Origin: an archaeon
GTDB taxonomy: Archaea; Nanobdellota; Nanobdellia; SCGC-AAA011-G17; GW2011-AR20
Assembly: GCA_043808705.1 (NCBI GenBank)
Contig: JAZDEO010000021.1
Span: 1 to 63,493, forward strand
Direction of reading: 5' to 3'
DNA length: 63,493 nt
The translations under genes were made by a program, and so were the position numbers. Below, one piece after another: positions 27,093 to 34,906 of this stretch (positions are counted from its first letter, which is position 1; each line of letters begins with the position of its first letter). Below the pieces are notes generated by a model. That model did no database searches. It had not been told where the DNA came from and saw only the letters and a list, made by a program, of their open reading frames with translations.

Positions 27093-27369
27093 TTTCTCCC
27101 AGATCTTGTATCAATATATTTAGAGTATCACTATTCTTTAAGCAGTCCCTTATAATTAGATTGATAACTTCAGATAGCCTTTTTCTTTCATATTCTGACA
27201 TATTCTTTACAGAGTCTATTGAATTGAGAAATTGCTCTTTAAGATGTAGAACTAATTTTTCTTCATATTCCCTTTCTTTTTTTAGTCTTCCTATAGTTTC
27301 TACCTTAGTTACCATAATATTAATAGATTCCAATAAATATAAAAATCTGTCTAATTTGGGTTCTGTCAC
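27073..27369 (-). CDS. Hypothetical helical protein (98 aa)
   Basis: ORF with charged helical composition. No confident family. Confidence 0.45.
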   Translation of the reverse strand: MTEPKLDRFLYLLESINIMVTKVETIGRLKKEREYEEKLVLHLKEQFLNSIDSVKNMSEYERKRLSEVINLIIRDCLKNSDTLNILIQDLGENGEDNY

Positions 27370-27452
27370 ATATTAGTTATTTTTGATTAAGTGTCGCTTT
27401 CGTCAGTTCATGATACAATAAATTTTTATACTCTTAATTGTTATTAAAACTT

Positions 27453-28019
27453 ATGGATGATAATCTAAAAAAAGATATTTTACAAGTTCTTAAAGAAAGT
27501 ATAGAATCAATACAGTCTAATAATATAATAAATCTTAAGGATTTAAGTAATAGGTTAATTCATAGTTCTAGTATCATGCAGGAAGAGGATAGCATAATTG
27601 TTACTGTTTTGATATATTCCTTAAGCAAGGCTTTTGAAAGACCAAACTATGCTCAATTCAAGGATTGGAATTTTTTTGTTGAAACCTGTACTAGTAATTT
27701 AAAGAAGGCTTATGATAGTCTATTGAATAATAAACTGGAAGATTATAGAAAAAACATTAAAGATATTTTACAAGTTATTGATAAATTAGAGAGTAAATTA
27801 AAGATATATATAGGTGATGTATTCCATAACGCATTTATTGCAAAGGGAAGTAGGCTTTATGAGCATGGTATTTCTGCTGGAAGAACTGCTGAATTGCTTG
27901 GGATAAATCAATTTGAGCTTATGGATTACATTGGAAAGACTGGAATAGCTGACATTAAGGAAGGTGTTACATTAAGTGCATCTAAAAGACTAAATATTGC
28001 AAGGAGTTTATTTAAATAA
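27453..28019 (+). CDS. Protein with C-terminal UPF0175-like HTH (antitoxin-like)
   Basis: C-terminal GISAGRTAELLGINQFELMDYIGKTGI. Start set at ATG 27453. Confidence 0.55.
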   Translation: MDDNLKKDILQVLKESIESIQSNNIINLKDLSNRLIHSSSIMQEEDSIIVTVLIYSLSKAFERPNYAQFKDWNFFVETCTSNLKKAYDSLLNNKLEDYRKNIKDILQVIDKLESKLKIYIGDVFHNAFIAKGSRLYEHGISAGRTAELLGINQFELMDYIGKTGIADIKEGVTLSASKRLNIARSLFK

Positions 28020-28023
28020 TAAA

Positions 28024-28698
28024 ATGAAAGCCTTAGTATTTGATACAAGTTCGATAATAAGCATTATAACTAATGACTTACTGAATGTTCTTGTTAAATT
28101 AAAAGAAAAATTTGATGGAGAATTTTATATAACAAAGGCTGTTAAAAATGAGCTAATAGATTATCCTATGCAGAGTAAAAGGTTTAAATTAGAAGCTTTG
28201 GTTTTGGAAAAATTTCTTAATGATAAACAGATAAATTTATACTATAAGCAGGAATTAGAACAGAAAAGTAAGGAGCTTTTAGATATTGCAAATAACATAT
28301 TCATGGCTGATAACAATTATATTAGAATAACTCATAAGGGAGAAATGGAAAGCCTATGCTTATGCATAATACTTGATGCCATATTTGTTGTTGATGAAAG
28401 AACAATAAGGATACTTGTTGAGAATTATAAAAACTTAAGAAGATTATTAGAGAGTAAATTACATACTAAGGTTGGGGTTAATGAAAAGAATCTAAAGTTA
28501 TTTTTGAATGAGGTTAAAAATATTAAAGTAATAAGAAGCTCTGAGCTTATGACTGTTGCATTTGAACTGGGATTATTTAAAGAATATAAAAACAAGAAAG
28601 AGCTTCTTGACGGATTGTTATGGGGTTTACGCTTGAGAGGGTGTGCTATTTCTACTGACGAGATTAATGAAATTGAAGAATTAGAGAACAGAAAATAA
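28024..28698 (+). CDS. PIN-like domain protein (COG2405-like)
   Basis: MKALVFDTSSIISI N-terminus, with later acidic positions GEMESL and VVDERT. Start set at ATG 28024, 4 nt after the upstream stop. Confidence 0.55.
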   Translation: MKALVFDTSSIISIITNDLLNVLVKLKEKFDGEFYITKAVKNELIDYPMQSKRFKLEALVLEKFLNDKQINLYYKQELEQKSKELLDIANNIFMADNNYIRITHKGEMESLCLCIILDAIFVVDERTIRILVENYKNLRRLLESKLHTKVGVNEKNLKLFLNEVKNIKVIRSSELMTVAFELGLFKEYKNKKELLDGLLWGLRLRGCAISTDEINEIEELENRK

Positions 28699-28713
28699 TA
28701 GTTAAAAGATAAT

Positions 28714-28722
28714 TTTATATAT
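28714..28722 (+). promoter_or_regulatory. TATA-like box for tRNA-Trp
   Basis: TTTATATAT lies ~24-32 nt upstream of the tRNA 5' end at 28746. Confidence 0.3.
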
Positions 28723-28745
28723 TGGAAAAATTCATTTTAGTCATA

Positions 28746-28886
28746 GGGGGCGTAGTATAAATCATCTAAATTAATTTTAAGATGAGTATAACCCGGCAGT
28801 GCGGCCGTTATTAAAGCCGAAGCTCCAGAATATATTCAGAATATGAGAGAAACCGGCTAATGGGGGTTCAAATCCCTCCGTCCCCA
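28746..28886 (+). tRNA. tRNA, tentatively Trp(CCA), with three putative introns
   Basis: Acceptor GGGGGCG/CGTCCCC plus discriminator A, T arm GGGGG-TTCAAAT-CCCTC. The gene is 141 nt. Removing 31, 14 and 23 nt yields a 73-nt cloverleaf with D arm GTAT-AACCCGGCA-GTGC and anticodon arm GCCGG-CTCCAGA-CCGGC. Confidence 0.7.
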
Positions 28887-28962
28887 CTTATAGTTTATTG
28901 TTCATCTAATATTTTTTTTATAGATTCTTCAAGTTTTAATCTTTCTATAGCTCCTTCACCTT

Positions 28963-29241
28963 TTAATTTTTTATAACCGTTTCAAGTTTAGAATAATAAG
29001 AACCGAAAAAAGGTGGGATAACTTTACTTTGACATGCGTTAAGGTTTATCATCATCTTTACATATTCATCACGAACTCTAAGGTATTCTTCGTCCCTTTC
29101 TCCTTCTTTAAAATCAAATAGCCTCTCTCTTCCCTGGTTATCTCTACTTAGATCTAAATCAAGTTCGTAAGCCTTCTGAAATCTTTGATAAAATTTTGAC
29201 CTTAGGCTTTCTTCTTGTTGAGTTGAAATTCTGTCTGTCAT
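28963..29241 (-). CDS. Hypothetical protein (92 aa)
   Basis: ORF only. Charged composition. Confidence 0.45.
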   Translation of the reverse strand: MTDRISTQQEESLRSKFYQRFQKAYELDLDLSRDNQGRERLFDFKEGERDEEYLRVRDEYVKMMINLNACQSKVIPPFFGSYYSKLETVIKN

Positions 29242-29499
29242 ATTTTTTAAAGATTTATTATTATTTATTATTAGTCTAATTATTAATCTATATAGTATGT
29301 ATAATTAGAACTTATTTATAAGTTTACAATATATATAATATAGTAAATTATAGGAAATATTTTATGATTTATTTTTAGATTTCTTTAAATTATTCTGTTA
29401 CCTTTGTTAAATGGTTAAAAATAAAAAGGTTTATATATTAGTTTATTTCTTACTTTGAAGTAATCATTATAAAATTATATTAATAGGGGGTTGTAAAAA

Positions 29500-30408
29500 A
29501 TGAAAAACCATTCTGGAATGAAAGAAGTTTATCATAGTTTAGTTGATAATTTGGGATCTTTTGTAAGACATCCAATAATGTCTTCTATGATTTTTGCTGG
29601 TGTTTTATTACCTTTGGAATATGGTATAGCTCTTGGAGCTGATAGACAAACACAGCACAATAAAACACAGATTTATTCTAATCAACCAAGTACAAATGTA
29701 TTTTTAGATGGAGCCACATTAGCAAATTATCAATTTGATGTGTTTATGGATGAAAAAGGTCCTGCCCCTTTAAGTGGATGCATCTTTAAAACAAGTAATG
29801 ATTCACTTGCTATGAAATACTCTGTAGTAAATGACCCTGTACAATATTTGGGAAGAGTGATTGGAAATAAAGAAAATGATGATGGCACAAAAAGGGTTGC
29901 AAAGGATGTTTTAGCTAGGGGTGGATTAGTACAAGATTCTAGCTCTATTAAAAAGTTAGAAGATGCTTTAAGAGATGGTTTTATTTATTCTGAAGAGTTA
30001 GATGGTGTTTTACCTGGAGGTTATATTGTTAATCCTAAGACAGGTGATTGGGAATACTGTAAAAAAGGTTCTAGCGTAATTAAATATTTAAGATTAGTAA
30101 AAGGAAAGAGTCCAGATTATTCAGCTGGTGAAATGATACCTAGTTTATTTGGAAGTACTTCAAAAACAGAATTAGAAAGAAGATTAAGAGAAGAGGTAAC
30201 TGGTCCTGATTCTACACAAGAAGTAGCTGCTGGTGTTGCTGGTGCTATTAAAGATGAAAAATCTTGGATTGGTAAACATTGGTATTTGATTCCATTAGGA
30301 GTTATTGTTGCTGGCGGTATTGGATACTGGATAGCATCAGGACATAATGAGGAAGAGACTAGAGTAAGTGGTGGAGAAATAGATGGTAATGGCTGGGGAC
30401 ACCAATAA
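29500..30408 (+). CDS. Membrane-anchored hypothetical protein
   Basis: AGGGGG RBS-like motif upstream. Hydrophobic segments at both the N- and C-termini. Confidence 0.6.
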   Translation: MKNHSGMKEVYHSLVDNLGSFVRHPIMSSMIFAGVLLPLEYGIALGADRQTQHNKTQIYSNQPSTNVFLDGATLANYQFDVFMDEKGPAPLSGCIFKTSNDSLAMKYSVVNDPVQYLGRVIGNKENDDGTKRVAKDVLARGGLVQDSSSIKKLEDALRDGFIYSEELDGVLPGGYIVNPKTGDWEYCKKGSSVIKYLRLVKGKSPDYSAGEMIPSLFGSTSKTELERRLREEVTGPDSTQEVAAGVAGAIKDEKSWIGKHWYLIPLGVIVAGGIGYWIASGHNEEETRVSGGEIDGNGWGHQ

Positions 30409-30420
30409 AGGAGGACAAAG

Positions 30421-32865
30421 ATGAAAACTAAAATTTTATTATTACCTTTATTCTTTTTACTAGCTGTAAATTTTGTATTTGCAGCTGTTGAAGTAGAATA
30501 TATTTATACTGATTATGAAACAGGAAATCATTTAGAGGATGTTGATTATATTGTCTATACGTGTGAAAATTCTGATTGTTCTGATGTAAGAATGATAGGA
30601 TTGCCAAATCCTAATTTTCCTTGGAACTCTAATGAAGTTCCTCCAAACTGGAATTTAATTGTACAATATCCTACACAACTTGAAACTCAATATGGGTATG
30701 CTGTTTATTTTTTTAAGGATGAATATGCTCCTATAGAGGGGTTTGCAGATTGGAGTGGAAATGGTGAATTAGATTGGGATGTTGAATTCCAACAGGGAGA
30801 AGATTGTCAGGCTTTAATACAAAATTTTGATGTTACTAATGAGGTATATCCTAATATGCCTTTAATGATAAATGTAAATGCAATAATAGACTGGGATACA
30901 TACAGTCCTTTTGAACCAAATGGAGAAACTCCTGAGTTTATTCCTGTAGTGTATGATCCAAGCAATCCTGATGTTCAGATTTTTCCAGAATTTTATAATT
31001 TGTATGCTGGAGAAACAGAGATAACATTAAAGATTTATGATGAAAGCAATAATGTTGTATTTGAACAAACAAATACTGAAAATATATTCATGGGTGAATC
31101 TGTTCAAACAACTTATGTATGGGTGCCTACACAACTAGGGCAATATACTGCACGTGTTGAAGCAGATGTTGTTGATAATCAATGTGCTTCATCTATAATG
31201 AGTTATGCTGAAGATGAATTTAGTGTTATTGAACAAAATCCAGATGAGATGTGCTATACTTTAATACATGATTTTGAGATATCTGAGATTTATCCTCAAG
31301 TTGGAGATGATATTGTATTAAGTGCTAAAAAGATAAGCAATCACTTGAATAATGAAACAGGTGTTTTAACCCCTGTAGAAACTGATGTTGAGCTTACAAT
31401 ATACAAAAAATTATCAAATAATAATTATGAAGAGATATTTAATGAATTACAGCATCTTCCAGAAAATCCTAATCCTAATGTAGAGGTTCCTTTTGAATTT
31501 GACTGGACAGCACAGGAAGAGGGAATTTATAGTTTTGAATTGTATGGAATAGCAAATGATCCTTTATGTGAGGGAATAGAAAATCTTGGTGAAACAAAAA
31601 CAATTGGAGATACTGTAATTGGTGAAATTGAGAATAATGAGCCTACAATTGAGATAGTTGCTCCTATTGAAAATCAAATCATAGATGATACATATACTAT
31701 TGTATGGTATGCAAATGATTCTGATCAAGCATCAAGTACATTAGACATAAAAATAGAGTATAAAGAATATAATAGTAATAATTGGATTATATTAGAAGAT
31801 GAAATAAATAATAATGATGGAATGTTTTATTGGAATACAGAAACTGTTGATGATGGACATTATACAATAAAGATTACTGTTACAGACGATGAAAGTGCAT
31901 CTGCTTATGATCAAGTAAGCATTTATGTGAATAATGAAATAATTATAAATGAACCTCCTGCTGTTGATATCACAAGTCCAATAAATTTTGAGATAATATC
32001 TGGACTATATAATATAGAATGGGAAGCTTCTGATCTTGAACAACCATCAGATACATTAGATGTTAAGGTAGAATATAAAGAGGATAATTGGATGGCTTTT
32101 ATGTATCCTTGGATTACTATATTTGAAAGCCCTAATAATCCTGGAAATCATTTATGGAATACTCTTCCTATAGAAGATGGAAATTATAAATTAAGAGTTA
32201 CTGTTACTGATAATGAAGGAGAAGAGGATGAAGATGAAATAATGTTTACTATAAATAATGAGATTGCATTAAATCATAATCCAGAAATAATTTCAAGTCC
32301 TGTAACAATAGCCTATGTAAATCAATTATATAATTATGATGTTAATGCAATTGACATAGATGGTGATTCCTTGATCTATATGTTTGATTCATCTATTCCT
32401 CAGGGAATGACAATAGATTATTTAACTGGATTAATAACTTGGACACCTACAGAAGAAGGGAGTCATGTTATTGTTGCTAAGGTTTCAGATGAACATGGTG
32501 CTTATGATACTCAACAGTATGTATTAAATGTTTACACTCAACAAGAACCTGAACCGCAACCAGAAATACAGGAAAGAGAAAAACACAAGTTTTTAATATC
32601 CAATGTTATTGCAAAAAAGAGAGGAAATTTCCTTGACGTCTATGTTGATATAGATAACAAAGGTAACAAAAAAGAAAACGTAAACTTAAAAGCAACTATA
32701 ATGGAGACGGGAGATACTGTTTATGATACTTTTAATTTATATGTTTATGACGGATATTGGAGACAATTAAGGTTTAATAAACCTTCAAAAGGAACTTATG
32801 TTATAAGAGTTGAAGCACAAAGTTCAGATTATGACGAGATAAAGTATATTTATGTGAGGGTATAA
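30421..32865 (+). CDS. Large secreted surface protein with tandem Ig-like domains and a cadherin-like (He_PIG-type) domain
   Basis: Signal peptide. Two ~100-aa tandem domains (…IVWYANDSDQASSTLDIKIEYK… and …IEWEASDLEQPSDTLDVKVEYK…), then NPEIISSP…YNYDVNAIDIDGDSL…GLITWTP. Confidence 0.8.
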   Translation: MKTKILLLPLFFLLAVNFVFAAVEVEYIYTDYETGNHLEDVDYIVYTCENSDCSDVRMIGLPNPNFPWNSNEVPPNWNLIVQYPTQLETQYGYAVYFFKDEYAPIEGFADWSGNGELDWDVEFQQGEDCQALIQNFDVTNEVYPNMPLMINVNAIIDWDTYSPFEPNGETPEFIPVVYDPSNPDVQIFPEFYNLYAGETEITLKIYDESNNVVFEQTNTENIFMGESVQTTYVWVPTQLGQYTARVEADVVDNQCASSIMSYAEDEFSVIEQNPDEMCYTLIHDFEISEIYPQVGDDIVLSAKKISNHLNNETGVLTPVETDVELTIYKKLSNNNYEEIFNELQHLPENPNPNVEVPFEFDWTAQEEGIYSFELYGIANDPLCEGIENLGETKTIGDTVIGEIENNEPTIEIVAPIENQIIDDTYTIVWYANDSDQASSTLDIKIEYKEYNSNNWIILEDEINNNDGMFYWNTETVDDGHYTIKITVTDDESASAYDQVSIYVNNEIIINEPPAVDITSPINFEIISGLYNIEWEASDLEQPSDTLDVKVEYKEDNWMAFMYPWITIFESPNNPGNHLWNTLPIEDGNYKLRVTVTDNEGEEDEDEIMFTINNEIALNHNPEIISSPVTIAYVNQLYNYDVNAIDIDGDSLIYMFDSSIPQGMTIDYLTGLITWTPTEEGSHVIVAKVSDEHGAYDTQQYVLNVYTQQEPEPQPEIQEREKHKFLISNVIAKKRGNFLDVYVDIDNKGNKKENVNLKATIMETGDTVYDTFNLYVYDGYWRQLRFNKPSKGTYVIRVEAQSSDYDEIKYIYVRV

Positions 32866-33001
32866 AACTTATAAATCGACGGTAAAATTGATAATATAAA
32901 ATAATATAAAGTAACCACCGAAAGGTTTATAAATAAGTTTTAACTTCAAAATAACAACATAAAAAATCATAATAAAATTGAAAACTAGGGGGTTTTAAAA
33001 A

Positions 33002-34357
33002 ATGAAAAAGTTATTGACAATATTTTTAGGGCTATTTTTATTAGCAAGTTTGTTTTTAGTTAAAGAGGTAAACGCACAAGATTTTGATATAACAAGTGCA
33101 GAAATAAATGGCATTGAATTTGAAAGTTTAGATCCAAGTATTATACCAGCAGATATTATACAAGCTGATAGAGGAGAGAGCTTGACTGTTAAGGTAAATG
33201 TACATAGTATAACAGAAGGTAATAATACAGGTAATGATACTGTAGAAGGTTTGAAGGTTAAGGCTTGGATTGGTGGTTATGAATATGAAGATATTGAAGC
33301 AACAAGTTCTATGTTTGATTTAAGTTATGGTGTTACAACACAAAAAACATTAACACTAGATTTACCTGAAGACATGGATGCAAGTCAAGATTACACATTA
33401 CATGTTAAGGCTTATACTGAAGATCAAGATGTGGAATATGAATTTACATTACAAATAGAGGAAGCAAGACACTCATTAGAGATAATAGATGTAATGTTCA
33501 CTCCTAGTTTGACATTAAATATGAATCAAGACCAAGATTCTTTATTTGTTACAACAAGAGTAAAGAATTGGGGTGACAAAAAAGAAGAAGATGTAAAGGT
33601 TACTGTAAGTGTTCCTGAATTAGGAATTTCACAGTCTACATATATTGATGAGTTAGTAGCTCATGAGAATAGTTGTGATGATAATGAAGAAAATTGTGAT
33701 GATAATGAGGAAGACTCTGAAAGCAGTAATGCATTATATTTAGACTTGGCTGGAAAAGAAGCTGGATCATATCCTTTAACTGTTACAGTTGAATATAACA
33801 ATGGATATAGTGAAGAAGAAAAAGAATATACTTTAACATTAACAGGAAGCTCTGGAACATCAACTGGAGCACAAGAAGCAATTATTGCTGCAGCAACATC
33901 ATCTAAAAGCATAGCACAAGGTGAGGGTGTTGTTTATACAATAGATTTAGCTAATTTAGGAGATTCAAGTAAGGTTTATACTGCTGAAGTTACTGGATTA
34001 GATACTTGGGCAACATATAGAATAGATCCAAGTGTTGTAACTGTTAGTGCAGGAGATAATGGACAACTTTACATATATGTTTCAGCTAAGGATGATGCAG
34101 CTTTAGGCTCACATATGTTTACAGTAAAGGTTAAAGAGAATGGAGAATCTGTCAAGGATATTAACTTAAGTGCTAATGTGTCTGGAGAAACAGAACAAGC
34201 TGGACAATGGGACAACATAATAACAGGATTAGAGATTGGCTTTATTGTCTTATTAATAATATTAGTAATCTTAGGATTAATAATAGCTATTGGTAAGATG
34301 ACAAAAAAGGAAGGAACAGAAGAGCCAACAAGCGGTAGTGGAGAAACTTATTACTAA
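33002..34357 (+). CDS. Secreted CARDB/COG1361-like surface protein with C-terminal TM anchor
   Basis: Signal peptide, beta-rich repeats, C-terminal hydrophobic helix. AGGGGG RBS upstream. Confidence 0.75.
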   Translation: MKKLLTIFLGLFLLASLFLVKEVNAQDFDITSAEINGIEFESLDPSIIPADIIQADRGESLTVKVNVHSITEGNNTGNDTVEGLKVKAWIGGYEYEDIEATSSMFDLSYGVTTQKTLTLDLPEDMDASQDYTLHVKAYTEDQDVEYEFTLQIEEARHSLEIIDVMFTPSLTLNMNQDQDSLFVTTRVKNWGDKKEEDVKVTVSVPELGISQSTYIDELVAHENSCDDNEENCDDNEEDSESSNALYLDLAGKEAGSYPLTVTVEYNNGYSEEEKEYTLTLTGSSGTSTGAQEAIIAAATSSKSIAQGEGVVYTIDLANLGDSSKVYTAEVTGLDTWATYRIDPSVVTVSAGDNGQLYIYVSAKDDAALGSHMFTVKVKENGESVKDINLSANVSGETEQAGQWDNIITGLEIGFIVLLIILVILGLIIAIGKMTKKEGTEEPTSGSGETYY

Positions 34358-34423
34358 ACTTATTAAGTTTTTTCTTTTTTTATTTTATTTCTAATCTAAT
34401 TAATATGACCAATACATTTTAAG

Positions 34424-34699
34424 ATGGCAAAACTATTTTGTTGGTATAACCCTAATAGACCTAAAAGAATAAGTGAATTAAGTATTATACTTATTAGAGA
34501 TGAAACCACTACTTTTGGAGAAATTAGAACAGCTTTGGGTGCTCAACAGATTAAATCAAGACTATATAAAGACCCTATAGATGATTCTAAATCTGTTAGG
34601 TGTGGTTCTTTTAATTTTTTGTATGAAAAAATTTTAAAAGAGGGAGAATTTGAAGAAAGATGTGAAAATTACAGGAAAGTGTGTTTAGAATTAAAATAA
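34424..34699 (+). CDS. Hypothetical protein (91 aa)
   Basis: ORF only. Confidence 0.4.
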   Translation: MAKLFCWYNPNRPKRISELSIILIRDETTTFGEIRTALGAQQIKSRLYKDPIDDSKSVRCGSFNFLYEKILKEGEFEERCENYRKVCLELK

Positions 34700-34906
34700 A
34701 ATTAGTTTATTGTTAATTATTTCTGTTATTTTCTATTATTTGTTTATTGTTTAAAGTCAGCTATTAAGATTAGCTTATAAAATAATCTTTGGATTTTTAT
34801 AATATTTTATTCTATATTATTTATGATTAGATATATCTTTTTTACTATAGTAATGTTTTTATATAGCTTGTTCTTTTCATAAAGTAACAAAACAAGGTTG
34901 TTAACA

